In this document: positions 1 to 9,681 of the stretch, piece after piece
Layout: each line of letters opens with the position of its first letter
Numbering within the stretch: the stretch's first letter is position 1
Origin: a virus
Lineage: Duplodnaviria > Caudoviricetes
Strand: one strand, 5' to 3'
Length of the DNA stretch: 31,497 nt
IMG/VR virus record: IMGVR_UViG_3300016675_000269
Location: 1 to 31,497 of that record
Program-made: the position numbers and the translations under genes
Notes under the pieces: generated by a model
What the model was told of the DNA's origin: nothing
Databases searched by the model: none
The model's input: the letters and a program-made list of their open reading frames with translations, nothing else

Positions 1-5
1 GCGAC

Positions 6-629
6 TCAATATCCGACGGCTATCCAATATATCGGATTAGAAGGGGCGTCAGAGTGCATGGTGAATGTTGACAAACCGGGTGCCGTATTTAGTTTAGGAT
101 TATCGTTATGCTGAGCAGAAAATACCTCTGTAAACCAGACCCCAAAGCATTGGTTGGGAAACGGTGTATTGTACGCGTGCGTTGAAGCGATGGATGGTCG
201 GCTGGGGAGATACCCTACTTGGATAATAATCCGAGTCGCACCTCCAGGCAAACCAAGGGCAGGTAACTCTAAAGTTAGAGAACTAGAGCCAGCGGCTGCC
301 GCAAACTGTCCAAGCCTCACGGCGTGTGAAACCAGAGTGGCTGCGGCTACCGAGAAGGCTTGGGTACCAGATCCCTCCAAGGGTGCGAAGAGTGTCGCCC
401 CTGCCGTACCAAGGTGGCCAAGAGGTACAGCTTGATCCGACGTAGCCGGAGGCGCAACTGAGAAAGGCTGAGAGGCACTGCCCGCGACGGGTGCGGCATA
501 CGATTGCAGTTGGGAAAGTCGAATCAGTTCGTTTGGCGCAGCTGCGTCGTCCGGACGAGCAGGTTTACGGAGAGTTAGAAGAGAACCTGGAGACGGGTGC
601 TCCAGCTCGTTGACTTGAAGTTTAGACAT
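6..629 (-). CDS. Tail fibre tip protein with gp53-like C-terminal domain (207 aa)
   Basis: Start moved to MSKLQV (ATG at 629, preceded by AAAGGTGA). Two internal repeats (APVAGSASQPFSVAPPATSDQAVPLGHL and APLEGSGTQAFSVAAATLVSHAVRLGQF). C-terminus IIIQVGY..YNTPFPNQCFGV..IYWIAVGY is typical of gp53-like fibre tips. Confidence 0.75.
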   Translation of the reverse strand: MSKLQVNELEHPSPGSLLTLRKPARPDDAAAPNELIRLSQLQSYAAPVAGSASQPFSVAPPATSDQAVPLGHLGTAGATLFAPLEGSGTQAFSVAAATLVSHAVRLGQFAAAAGSSSLTLELPALGLPGGATRIIIQVGYLPSRPSIASTHAYNTPFPNQCFGVWFTEVFSAQHNDNPKLNTAPGLSTFTMHSDAPSNPIYWIAVGY

Positions 630-642
630 TTCTAGTTCACCT

Positions 643-1218
643 TTAGACGATAGCCCAACCTGCGCCGCTCGGGATGGTAACAGTAACGCCGTTGGCAATG
701 CGAATTGGTCCGGCAGAAACTGCGTTGAATCCAGGCGAAAGAACGTAAGACCCGGTTACGAGTTGCTGGTTCTCGTAAAAGATCTTGTCTTCGCCTGCGC
801 CAGTAGCACCACCACTGGAGCCCGTTCCGGTGCCGACGACCGTCCAGGTACTACCGTTCCAGAACTCTAGGTTAGAGATAGCTGTATTGAAACGAATCAT
901 GCCGCCGATTGGCCCGACCGGCCTCTGAACGTTTGTGCCAGAGGGTAGCCGAAGAGCGCCCGTCGAAGTCATCAAAACAGTCCCTTGCATCTCTACCGGA
1001 CCAGAAAAGACGGAGGACGAGGCCACCGTCAGAGAGTTGGCGGAGGAGAGACCGACCGTGACGTTTCCTCGCAAAGCGCTGGAGCCGTTCGCGGTAACCG
1101 AGTTGAACGTCGCAGCGTTAGAGAACGAGCTGGTCCCGGCTACCGTCAAGTTATTGATGGATTGATTTCGAATGCTTGACCGCTGAGTTTGGCGGTGCCT
1201 TGAGTAGTAGCGCCCCAT
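643..1218 (-). CDS. Virion fibre-associated structural protein (191 aa)
   Basis: Ser/Thr/Gly-rich beta repeats. Motif GALRLPSGTxxQRP..GMIRFNT..LEFWNGSTW and C-terminal IFYEN..NAVSAGPIRIANGVTVTIPSGAGWAIV recur in phage fibre proteins. Confidence 0.65.
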   Translation of the reverse strand: MGRYYSRHRQTQRSSIRNQSINNLTVAGTSSFSNAATFNSVTANGSSALRGNVTVGLSSANSLTVASSSVFSGPVEMQGTVLMTSTGALRLPSGTNVQRPVGPIGGMIRFNTAISNLEFWNGSTWTVVGTGTGSSGGATGAGEDKIFYENQQLVTGSYVLSPGFNAVSAGPIRIANGVTVTIPSGAGWAIV

Positions 1219-1223
1219 GACGA

Positions 1224-1547
1224 TTAGCCTTCGAATCCATTCGCACGTGCGACCACACCTGCTGCACTGGCGTAAGCTAGAATGCGTTCGCCGGGCGACA
1301 TGACAATACCTGTCCGCTCAAGAACCTCTCCGGGCTCTAAGAGGGCGTCGTATTCGATGAAATCGGCCGCAGCAGGGGTACTAACTCCGCTAGCTGAGAT
1401 TGCCAGCCGGATGTTGGCGTTAACGGTGCCTGTGTTGACAAAGTTGACGTTAGCAGTTGCGTGGGCAATGCCGGTAGCAGGTGCTTCATATAGGTTAGTA
1501 TACGCACCCGAAGTAAGGCTTGCTTTTCCAAAACGACCAGAAGGCAT
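1224..1547 (-). CDS. Small beta-sandwich virion structural protein (107 aa)
   Basis: Strong SD (AAGGAG). Pattern LYxAP..VNFVN..IRLAIS..DFIEYD..LERTGIV is common in small phage tail-associated proteins. Located in the fibre cluster. Confidence 0.6.
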   Translation of the reverse strand: MPSGRFGKASLTSGAYTNLYEAPATGIAHATANVNFVNTGTVNANIRLAISASGVSTPAAADFIEYDALLEPGEVLERTGIVMSPGERILAYASAAGVVARANGFEG

Positions 1548-1559
1548 GATTTATGCTCC

Positions 1560-3539
1560 TTACAGTTGAGCGAAGAAATAGAGCTTGGCGTGAGTCTGAG
1601 CAGCGGAGTCGTCACCCACTTTGAACCACGAACCGAGACGACGAGTGTACATCTTCATAGGGGATGCCGAAACGTCGAAGTAGATACTAGGTTCGTTGGG
1701 CGTTACCCCGTTCTGAGGGGCTCCACTTCCGAACTGAGAATACTCCCCTGCGGTCTTCGTCCATGTATTGTTGTGGAACACATACGTGGTGAAGGGGAAC
1801 GTATTGATATCCACATAAAGAGAGGGGTTACTTGGAGTAGTTCCAATAACAGGCGCACCGGTGCCGTGTTGTACGACCTGCGCAGTAACAGACTGCCACG
1901 TACCACCGCGGAACACCCAGATTCGATGAGGGTTGGTTGAGATATCAAAATAAAGCGGTGGCACTCCAGCAGTACTACCTGACGGAGAGCCTGAACCGAA
2001 CTGAACGAAGGTCTGGAACGCGTTGGAAGCCGCCACTAGGGCCGACTGCAGAGCGTTTGGTGCGCCCGAGTTTGAGACTGCCTGCAGCAAGGACTCCGGG
2101 GTTATGGTCATATTGCCAACCACCCCGTCACCGACCTGAGAGCTCGAAGCGTAGGAAGTTAGCCCCAGCTGACCGTAGCCTGCGTTAGGAAGACCTTCCG
2201 AAGCGAGGTTCGTCAAGAAACTATGCTCGGCTTGGTTCAAGTGGAAGTGTTGACCAGACGTCCCGCCTTGCACCCCAGTCAAGTTCAAGTGGTTGCTGAC
2301 AATGGACGAAGTGAGGCCATCTACTACGTTCTGGAGGTAAGTCAAATTGACTGCGTCCAGAGGACCAACCGGAGAAGCCAGGTTAGTAGCTCGGTTGTTG
2401 CCAAAGTTTAGGATCCCCGACATCGGGATAGACCCATCCCTTCGGAAGTAACCTGAAGCAAAGGTCGAAACTGCGTCAGACAGGCTACTGATCAGAGAGG
2501 AGGTTACGCTGAGAGTAGTGTCTACGTATTTCTTGTTGGCCCCGTCAGTATCCAGAATGGGGTCGCTCATCTGGGTGACTCGATAGCCACCTACGTTGAA
2601 CGGAGCCATCATAGAGCGGCTACCGTCTCGCTTAATGAAGCTACTGAGAGGGTTGTCAATGAGCGCGTTGATATCTCCCGAGGCCAGCTGGTCAGAGAGC
2701 TCCGCCAAAATCTGAGCAACGTGAGGTCGCAGAGCAGTCTTTTTCAGGACCTCAACCTTGTCACCCGCCTGAGGAAGTTCACTCAGTGGGGTGTTGAAGG
2801 TGAAAGTACGAGTAGCCGAGGCGTAACCTGAGATGACTCGAGTAATGCCGAGGAGGCGACCAGTAGTCCACTGAAGAACTAGCTCACCAGGATAACCCGG
2901 ACCCTGCGCTGGAGTCGAAACCTGAACACTAGTCGCCGTAAAGGAAGAAACATTCAGATCCGTGTAAATGCGCTCTTCGTAACCGGTGAGACTCCACTTT
3001 GCGTTGTTCGAAAACGCAATCAAGGAGCCTGAGCCATCGGGAGAGGCAACTTGATAGATGTTCGGATATGCCGAAGTCGCACGTGGCAGGACATCTACGT
3101 TGCTTAGAGCTTGAAGGCTCAGCTCGTTTTCGGAGTTCCCCAGCTCGGCAAAGATTGAGAAGGTTGCTCCGGCAGTGGAGATGTAGCAGTCAATGGCCAG
3201 CGAGTTGCCGACTTGAGTCCCGGCGTTCTTCAGCTTGCGGATAGGCGTGCTAGAGACGCCGATGGCAAAAAGGCCTCCACCGGGAAGGTGCAAGGCTACT
3301 TCACCGAATTCGAAGTCTCCGACAGTAGCGTCTAGGTTGACGACGTACTTCAGTAGGTTGGCCGACTGAACGACAGCTTCTGAGGGTTGACCGGTTGCAA
3401 CGATAGTGCCGGTTACACCAACCTGGGCGATATTTGGCGCGTAGCCAAAGTTTGAACCGCAAGTGAATGTTCCCAGCACAGGTGGTGAAGCTGAAGCCTG
3501 TAGAGCTTGTTCACCTGCAGGAGTTAGGATGAAAAGCAT
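1560..3539 (-). CDS. Baseplate/tail fibre anchor protein, paralogue A (659 aa)
   Basis: N-terminus LTPAG..GDFEFGEVALH..LFAIG resembles tail-collar (DUF3751-type) fibre anchors. Two RDG.....M..P....D[GA][AV]N..Y stalk repeats and three C-terminal repeats. SD AAGGA. Confidence 0.65.
   Translation of the reverse strand: MLFILTPAGEQALQASASPPVLGTFTCGSNFGYAPNIAQVGVTGTIVATGQPSEAVVQSANLLKYVVNLDATVGDFEFGEVALHLPGGGLFAIGVSSTPIRKLKNAGTQVGNSLAIDCYISTAGATFSIFAELGNSENELSLQALSNVDVLPRATSAYPNIYQVASPDGSGSLIAFSNNAKWSLTGYEERIYTDLNVSSFTATSVQVSTPAQGPGYPGELVLQWTTGRLLGITRVISGYASATRTFTFNTPLSELPQAGDKVEVLKKTALRPHVAQILAELSDQLASGDINALIDNPLSSFIKRDGSRSMMAPFNVGGYRVTQMSDPILDTDGANKKYVDTTLSVTSSLISSLSDAVSTFASGYFRRDGSIPMSGILNFGNNRATNLASPVGPLDAVNLTYLQNVVDGLTSSIVSNHLNLTGVQGGTSGQHFHLNQAEHSFLTNLASEGLPNAGYGQLGLTSYASSSQVGDGVVGNMTITPESLLQAVSNSGAPNALQSALVAASNAFQTFVQFGSGSPSGSTAGVPPLYFDISTNPHRIWVFRGGTWQSVTAQVVQHGTGAPVIGTTPSNPSLYVDINTFPFTTYVFHNNTWTKTAGEYSQFGSGAPQNGVTPNEPSIYFDVSASPMKMYTRRLGSWFKVGDDSAAQTHAKLYFFAQL
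1615..2006 (-). repeat. Three tandem ~44-aa protein repeats (Q[FH]G[ST]G.P......P.[LI]Y.D[IV]...P...[WY]......W)
   Basis: VQFGSGSP..PPLYFDISTNPHRIWVFRGGTW; VQHGTGAP..PSLYVDINTFPFTTYVFHNNTW; SQFGSGAP..PSIYFDVSASPMKMYTRRLGSW. Boundaries approximate. Confidence 0.85.
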
Positions 3540-3548
3540 GAGAGTCCT

Positions 3549-3872
3549 TTACTCAGTAATTCGTAGAGACGAGGTGTAAACGACCTGGAGACCCCCGCAG
3601 CTTGAAGAAGCCCGAAGATGCTCGAACAGAAAATCTGTGTGAGAGTGCGCCTCTAGATATCCGGACGCCAACCCTTTACCGAAAAGATTGCACTCCCAGT
3701 CAGACTTAGCAGTCAATTTCTTCGAAAGGTAGTCTCGAAGAGAGGCTAGCAACGATGTATCGCTCATCGACAGTGTCTTCGTGCGGCTTGCGATTTCTAC
3801 AGAGACAAGGTTTTCGCTGTTCTCTTTAACCCAAACTTCGAGTATCGAGAGTAGAGGTCGTTCGCATCTCAT
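3549..3872 (-). CDS. Hypothetical protein (107 aa)
   Basis: Fills the gap in the minus-strand operon, stopping just before the next SD. No recognisable motif; start uncertain. Confidence 0.55.
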   Translation of the reverse strand: MRCERPLLSILEVWVKENSENLVSVEIASRTKTLSMSDTSLLASLRDYLSKKLTAKSDWECNLFGKGLASGYLEAHSHTDFLFEHLRASSSCGGLQVVYTSSLRITE

Positions 3873-3896
3873 ACGATGGGATGAGGAAGACGGGTA

Positions 3897-4289
3897 TCAA
3901 ACAACTCGACAGTCGAAGGTGCCTAGTTCACCGCACACGGTACAGGCAACAAGGACTACATCTCGAGAGGCTTCGTCATCAACCAAAGCTAACGTCACGC
4001 TGATGAAGTTGAGTCGACCTTGCGAGATAGACTTCAGTTGACAAGCCGATACAAACATGTCTTCAAGGGAAAAGCCGTCTACAGCAATACTGGAGAACGA
4101 CTCACGCAGACGCTGAATGCTAACTTTACGCGGTACCGGCTTGAAATGAAGAGAGTAAAGCTCTTTATCCGCAACTTTGACCGGCTTCATCTGAATACCG
4201 GAGGGGACAGAAGCCGCAAAGGCGTGGAGAGTAGCTGCAAAGCAGGCTTCGGCAACGTTCTTGAACTCGTCGTGGCTAAGTTGAGACAT
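3897..4289 (-). CDS. Hypothetical protein (130 aa)
   Basis: Starts 7 nt after the protease stop. C-terminal CxxC. No family recognised. Confidence 0.65.
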   Translation of the reverse strand: MSQLSHDEFKNVAEACFAATLHAFAASVPSGIQMKPVKVADKELYSLHFKPVPRKVSIQRLRESFSSIAVDGFSLEDMFVSACQLKSISQGRLNFISVTLALVDDEASRDVVLVACTVCGELGTFDCRVV

Positions 4290-4296
4290 GAGGGGC

Positions 4297-4965
4297 TCAC
4301 TTGTAAGAGATTTTGTGATCAGAGATTGCAGTAAGGTAGGCTGGATCTTCTACGACGCTAATCTCGTAACCTGCAATGCCGAAAACCTGCTTATAGACCA
4401 GGCGGCCGTTCAACTCGTAGAAAGTAACAGGGGCGTTTGGATCAATGTGCGAGCAGCGACCTTCACCTGCTCCGCAGTAAGAGCATCGCCAGCCTTCGAC
4501 CATCGCACCCATCGAGTAGGTGTTGATCTCACCTGACTCGACCCGCCGAGCCAGTTCTACGTTTTTGGTACGGTCGATCGCAGCGAGAGCCATAACCTTC
4601 CAGAGTCGACCGCCACCGTATCCTCGAATCTTTTGCAGAGAGACATCAGCCACCACTCCGATAGCCGTCGTAATGTCGTCAGATTTATGTTCAGTGAACA
4701 TTGGGGCATAACGCCAGGACTCGTACCCCTGACACTTCAACTCCGTATTCCACTTGACGAGCTCCTCGAGAGGGAAACCCACTCCGTTCCGGTTGGGCAG
4801 ATCGGAGTACATGATAGGGACGGGATACATGAAGTAGTCTTCCGGATTCGGAGAGATGTGCATGGCTTTCGAGAGCCACGGTAGTTTTTGCTCGAACCCC
4901 GTTGCACCCCAGTTTACAGTAGGCTCGGCCTTATCGGCCGTTATGATGGAGCTCAAAATTTTCAT
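4297..4965 (-). CDS. Prohead (capsid maturation) protease, HK97/assemblin-like fold, with Zn-finger insert (222 aa)
   Basis: NRNGxxF, PMFTEH (candidate catalytic His), AIGVV, RRVESGEINTYSMG (candidate catalytic Ser), CSYCG..CSH insert and terminal YEISVVEDPAY. Lies two genes downstream of the portal. Confidence 0.8.
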   Translation of the reverse strand: MKILSSIITADKAEPTVNWGATGFEQKLPWLSKAMHISPNPEDYFMYPVPIMYSDLPNRNGVGFPLEELVKWNTELKCQGYESWRYAPMFTEHKSDDITTAIGVVADVSLQKIRGYGGGRLWKVMALAAIDRTKNVELARRVESGEINTYSMGAMVEGWRCSYCGAGEGRCSHIDPNAPVTFYELNGRLVYKQVFGIAGYEISVVEDPAYLTAISDHKISYK

Positions 4966-5555
4966 TTCCCACCTCGTTTTGCATTTCGCAGGGTCATTGA
5001 AAGGTAGTCATCTCGAGTCGGCGCCTCGCTAGAGCTCCACATCATAAGCTGAGGAGTGCCTTGAGGAGCCGGACCTCGATAAGTAGGTCGGAGGGTGTTT
5101 GGAGAGACCCCAGGAGGAACCAGGCGACCGTCTCCAGGTAGAGTTGGCACATCCGGCTGGTTTCCAGGCGTCAAACGGATACGCTTTCGGTCTTCCAAGG
5201 TTGGAATCTTTCGCAAGTACTTAAAGACTACACCTTCCGGCGGAATCGGTACTTCCTTGTGATAGTAACCTTTCCAGATAGTCTCCGGTATATCGAAGCG
5301 ACCTTCCTGGAAGTCAACCTCTAGGCTGTCCCCGAGGCGAGACCGTAGCTCTCGCGCGGTGGGCGATAGAACACACAGTCTAGACTTAGAGGGGAGAACT
5401 GAAATCAGCCCTATGATGTCCTTGATGATTTCTGAGAGAATTGTAGGGGAAAGCACTTCGAAGCAGACTCCAAAGTATAGGTAGGTGCCGTCGTACTTTG
5501 TCCCATAGCCGTCAGACAAGTTTGTTTGTCGAGTCTCTTGATTTTTGGATTCCAT
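4962..5555 (-). CDS. Hypothetical protein with Pro-rich C-terminus (197 aa)
   Basis: Between portal and protease. ATGA overlap with the protease start. SD GAGG. Confidence 0.7.
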   Translation of the reverse strand: MESKNQETRQTNLSDGYGTKYDGTYLYFGVCFEVLSPTILSEIIKDIIGLISVLPSKSRLCVLSPTARELRSRLGDSLEVDFQEGRFDIPETIWKGYYHKEVPIPPEGVVFKYLRKIPTLEDRKRIRLTPGNQPDVPTLPGDGRLVPPGVSPNTLRPTYRGPAPQGTPQLMMWSSSEAPTRDDYLSMTLRNAKRGGK

Positions 5556-5568
5556 GATTTAGAACCTC

Positions 5569-8500
5569 TCATCGGGTTACTTTTAAGTCGGCTGCGGGGC
5601 CAAGCTTGGCTTTCACCTTCTTGCGCACTGCCTCTCGGTAGTTCGGATCGGACAGGGCATCCATGGCCTTGATGATGTTATCGTTGACCTTAGCAACCGC
5701 TCGTCGCTCGTTGACAACAGCATGAATCTTATCGCCTTTCCCCATCCGAATGATAGGAGTATTCATGTCGTCTCGAGCGAGAAGCGGAATTCGTCGGCTG
5801 GTCTCACTTGAGTTAGCCGACCGCAGCCCTGCTTGAGTAGAGAGACGAGCGCGTCGAATGGCTGAGGCTTGCTCACCTAGACCACTGTCCTCAAACTCTT
5901 CCTCGAGGCTCAAATCCTCATGCACACCTTGGGCTTCAGCCTTGCGGCCAGTAACCTTCTCGATGGACTCCCGAATCTGCCGGTCTTCCGACAAGTCTCT
6001 AACCAGTGAACCAATATCGACGTTCGCAGCGGCAGCCCACATCTTCAAGGGGATCGAAAAGCCCTTTTCACTCAGTTTGTCCAGCATGTCCCACTGGCTA
6101 TCTGAGTCCTTACCAGTAAGCGACTTGTGCCACTGAACGGTAGGAATCAACAGATTGTTGTGATTCATGATGTTTTTCATGAGGTCCCCAACGTTGTTGA
6201 CCTTGTGAGCCTTCTTCGGATCTCGGTACATTCCGTGGAGCACCGCAATCATCGGAAACAGCTTGGATGTAAAGATCTTATAGGTAATGAACTGCCGGAA
6301 AGAGTCGCAGGAGTCCAAGAAGACTGAAATGGCGGCTTCGGCTGTATTATGAACGACCAATCCGTTTGCCACAAAAGCTGGCTCTTTACCCGAAGGCATG
6401 GAGATATCGTACACATGTTCCTTGCCCGCGTCTTCTATCGATGTAACTTCCGTGTAACGATAAGGGGTGTCAAGGCACCGCTTCAGACTAAAGTAAGCAG
6501 ACGGGGAAATATTCTTCAGAAGACGCAAAAATTCGTCGTAGAAACCTTCCTGGTATCGAACGTAGTTAAATCTCTTGAGATCATTAAACGCGATTTCCTT
6601 AAATACTCCGGAAGTGGAAACCTGAATAATCTCACCGTCATCGCACAGGAATTTTTGACCGTGACGATCCCAGCCTACTTTTCGAGCCTTCAGAAGAGAT
6701 TTCCAATGGCCGGCCGGAACTCCGTCGACATGCGAGTATTTTGGGGTGCCTTTGAATTCCTTGGAACTCAGGTAAGCTCGTGCGTTGTCAGTAATCCAGA
6801 ACTCCTCAGCCTGAGAACCGTACAGAACCACAGATTTGCACGGATGACCATCAGTGCCAAACTCCGTAGGTTGGTAGCCATGTGAGTTGAGCATAGCTCG
6901 GATTTGGTCCCTTATTTTAGGGGAGACCGAAATCCAGGATGTTCTCTTACCGACACATCCATCACACTCAGCATAAGCGGCGAGGAAAGCCTTCTGACTT
7001 TCTACGTCGGCTTGTAGCACAGACCATGGAACACACTTGTAGTAAGAAGGCAGCTTATCGTCTATTCTACCAGGTGTGACATAAACGCCGATGGACTCTA
7101 ACCAATCGATCAGTCTACGGTTTATTACGTATACAGCCCAGCAAGACTTCGTAGCGATGAACGACTTTTCACCGCCCCGGTTATTTTGCGCTTCCGGAGT
7201 TAGCTCTTTGTCCCCACCTTTTACCTCAACTCCAAAAAGCTCCTCAGCAAGCTGCTTAAATCGATTGACCAACCGGCGATCGGTATTTTTGAAACCGATT
7301 CGGCAGGAAGAACGTTCGGCGGTGGTGACCGAGTCTCCGCCAATGGTGTAACCCTCAGAGATAAAGAGGGCCAGCCAATAGGCAAGTTTTGGAGTCATGT
7401 GACTTGGGACCCAAGGCAAGTCTCCAGGATTAAATGAATTCTGAGGAACTTCCACCATGCCAATGCCGTTACCGCTGCGGTTCACCTCTTGGTGTCTGCG
7501 TTCACGAGGGTCTGGTATAGGTGCGTTCAGCTTGAGCCGATCCGTTGCTGGCCGGACGACTCGATTTCGACTAACACAAAGGACATCTCCAACCTGGATT
7601 TGATCTGTTCGTTTCCACTCAGTACGGTCTCCCGTAAATACTAGCAGGGGATGGTTAGCCGTGGCTTGGATAGAGTTGCCAGTTTTAGTACGCACTCGAA
7701 TTGTAGACTGGAATCCGTTATACTGCCAGGAGGAAGCTCTCTGCGGCTTAAACCGAGAGTCCATAACCGCGTTGATTTTCACAACTTTTTTACGGTCTTT
7801 TCCTTCACCAAAGGAGTCAATACGTCGTAATCCCTTAGTGGTAGGGATGAGAGAGTCGCCTGCCAGACAAGCGTAGGAGGCATCTCCAGAGAGGAATGCC
7901 TCAGAGATTCCAAGGGAGCGAAGCTTATGTGGAGTCATCTGATCGATGACGTCTGTCCACTTCCAGAAGTCGCCTCCTGTACGGATGTCCTGAATGCTAA
8001 CACCCTCACGGGTAGCAATCCAGGCGCCAAGGGGATCCAGCTCGCTCATCTGGAACTGGTTCAAGGTCATCTGGAGCTCTTCATCGGTTGGAATCCAGTT
8101 CTCGTTCCCGACCGAGATGTGGGAGGTAGCCCGTTGCCGCTTAGACGCCTCGATCAGAGTGCCTCTGAACAGCACCTTCTCCAACATGTAGATCGGCAGG
8201 ATACGCTTCAAGAAAGAAACGTGGGTTCGGTCCTGCAAGGCTTTACGCGGAACGTAAAGCGTAGTCAAAGGGTCCAGGACAACCTGACCAGACATATACC
8301 GCTCCAGAACCCCCTTGGGATAGGTACGAAGCACCGCTTCCAGGTAAGGGCTAGAAGTTCCCATGAACTGTTGCAACCTGGAAGTGGCGTTCACGGAGAT
8401 AACAGGATCCAAAGAGTGGAAAGGTTGTGGGGAAATCTGAGCGTATCCGATATCATGGATCATGATATCCTGAAACAATCGAGACTCCGCATCGTAGATA

Positions 8501-8934
8501 AGAGTACCAGCAAAGGCGCCATCGACTAGATGGGCGTGTGCTATCTCTCGCGTCAACGAGCGGATGTTCAGGCGGGCCAGGCTCTCATTGAAAATAGCTA
8601 GCTCTCGATTATCAACTCCGCTGAGAGTAAAATCCGAGAACGGGAACTCCGACAGCAGGTCTACGGAGGACCCGGCGGTGTTGTCGTAGTAATAGCAGTC
8701 ACGGTAGAAATTCAGGAGGGCCGCTTCGTTGTATTCAGGGGCGATTCCCTGAAACATGGTGTGGTACTGAGGACCACCGAAAGAGAGCACAGAAGCAGGT
8801 GCGCCAAGAGACGAAGTTAGATTCGCCTGAACAGCCTGACGTGCGTGCGGCCGAAAGATAGGCTGGGCAGCGGCCGAAGACGTGGTCTTCTTAACCATTG
8901 CACCGCCACTCACTGAGAGTGAGGTTTTTAGCAT
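5569..8934 (-). CDS. Portal protein interrupted by an intein (1121-aa precursor, ~613 aa spliced)
   Basis: Start moved to MLKTS (ATG at 8934, SD GGAGA). Portal-like features: YRDCY..SSVDLLSEFPFSDFTL, HLVDGAF, and SLGISEAFLSGDASYA/TAEAAISVF..FRQFITYKIF. Located between terminase and protease. Confidence 0.75.
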   Translation of the reverse strand: MLKTSLSVSGGAMVKKTTSSAAAQPIFRPHARQAVQANLTSSLGAPASVLSFGGPQYHTMFQGIAPEYNEAALLNFYRDCYYYDNTAGSSVDLLSEFPFSDFTLSGVDNRELAIFNESLARLNIRSLTREIAHAHLVDGAFAGTLIYDAESRLFQDIMIHDIGYAQISPQPFHSLDPVISVNATSRLQQFMGTSSPYLEAVLRTYPKGVLERYMSGQVVLDPLTTLYVPRKALQDRTHVSFLKRILPIYMLEKVLFRGTLIEASKRQRATSHISVGNENWIPTDEELQMTLNQFQMSELDPLGAWIATREGVSIQDIRTGGDFWKWTDVIDQMTPHKLRSLGISEAFLSGDASYACLAGDSLIPTTKGLRRIDSFGEGKDRKKVVKINAVMDSRFKPQRASSWQYNGFQSTIRVRTKTGNSIQATANHPLLVFTGDRTEWKRTDQIQVGDVLCVSRNRVVRPATDRLKLNAPIPDPRERRHQEVNRSGNGIGMVEVPQNSFNPGDLPWVPSHMTPKLAYWLALFISEGYTIGGDSVTTAERSSCRIGFKNTDRRLVNRFKQLAEELFGVEVKGGDKELTPEAQNNRGGEKSFIATKSCWAVYVINRRLIDWLESIGVYVTPGRIDDKLPSYYKCVPWSVLQADVESQKAFLAAYAECDGCVGKRTSWISVSPKIRDQIRAMLNSHGYQPTEFGTDGHPCKSVVLYGSQAEEFWITDNARAYLSSKEFKGTPKYSHVDGVPAGHWKSLLKARKVGWDRHGQKFLCDDGEIIQVSTSGVFKEIAFNDLKRFNYVRYQEGFYDEFLRLLKNISPSAYFSLKRCLDTPYRYTEVTSIEDAGKEHVYDISMPSGKEPAFVANGLVVHNTAEAAISVFLDSCDSFRQFITYKIFTSKLFPMIAVLHGMYRDPKKAHKVNNVGDLMKNIMNHNNLLIPTVQWHKSLTGKDSDSQWDMLDKLSEKGFSIPLKMWAAAANVDIGSLVRDLSEDRQIRESIEKVTGRKAEAQGVHEDLSLEEEFEDSGLGEQASAIRRARLSTQAGLRSANSSETSRRIPLLARDDMNTPIIRMGKGDKIHAVVNERRAVAKVNDNIIKAMDALSDPNYREAVRKKVKAKLGPAADLKVTR
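6346..7869 (-). mobile_element. Intein with LAGLIDADG homing endonuclease (508 aa)
   Basis: Block A CLAGDSLIPT, block B ATANHPLLV, block C LAYWLALFISEG, block E FLAAYAECDG, block F HVYDISM, block G FVANGLVVHN. The +1 extein residue is Thr. Confidence 0.95.
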
Positions 8935-8998
8935 TTGAGTTCTCCAATAGAATCGGTTCAATAGATTAGAGTCTGGTCGCTTGGACCGCTATTTAGAG

Positions 8999-9385
8999 TC
9001 AGGCCGTTGTCGTCTGAATCACTACCTGATTTAAGACAAGAGCCATATCGTCCGTGTAGGAACGATGAAGAGAGACCGTGATTCGAATGCCAAAGCCGGG
9101 CTCTTCAACGAATCGAACCCACGTCTGCTCGAGAGAAGATTTGGCAGCACTTGGTAGAAAACCTCTAAGCCCTAGAACGTTTCGAATCTGGTGAGTCAGG
9201 TTTGAGCTTACGGTAGGATCAGCGTCTCGAATGACCAACGTCTGGGTGGAAACTCGAGGACTGTCTACCGTGTCCAGGAACTGATACTTGAGGCGAGACC
9301 GAGATATGGCTTTCCGAAGCGGATATACAGTCTCGTCTCGGTGGCGAAGGAGTGCTTCCTTGAGAGGTGTCGTCTGAGCGTCCAT
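8999..9385 (-). CDS. Hypothetical protein (128 aa)
   Basis: SD GAGG; co-oriented in the operon upstream of the portal. Confidence 0.65.
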   Translation of the reverse strand: MDAQTTPLKEALLRHRDETVYPLRKAISRSRLKYQFLDTVDSPRVSTQTLVIRDADPTVSSNLTHQIRNVLGLRGFLPSAAKSSLEQTWVRFVEEPGFGIRITVSLHRSYTDDMALVLNQVVIQTTTA

Positions 9386-9395
9386 TCCAACCTCT

Positions 9396-9671
9396 TCAGT
9401 AGAGGTTCTTCATGACAATGTTCTCGGTAGACATATTGTCAGGTACCGGGCTGACAGCACGGTCTCGACCGCAAACATAAACTGGGAAACCCGAGGCCTC
9501 AGACAAAGTCATCTTACCCTTGCAGTAAGGACATACACCGTCCTGAACGTTTTCCAACCGTGAGGTGACAACCTTTCGCTGAGCCAAAAGCTGGTTCCCG
9601 AGATAACCCTTCGGGCCAAAGGCTTTCTCAATGTCTCCATTGGAAACAATGGGTGTTTGATTCTTACTCAT
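9396..9671 (-). CDS. Small putative Zn-ribbon protein (91 aa)
   Basis: Start moved to MSKNQ (ATG at 9671, SD GGAGG). Contains CPYCKGKM..VYVCGRD. Confidence 0.65.
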   Translation of the reverse strand: MSKNQTPIVSNGDIEKAFGPKGYLGNQLLAQRKVVTSRLENVQDGVCPYCKGKMTLSEASGFPVYVCGRDRAVSPVPDNMSTENIVMKNLY

Positions 9672-9681
9672 AGAGCCTCCA

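Noticed and set aside
6-3539. Diversity-generating retroelement or invertible tail-fibre switch
   Set aside because: No reverse transcriptase, invertase or near-identical DNA repeat pair was seen; the repeats are diverged and visible only at protein level.
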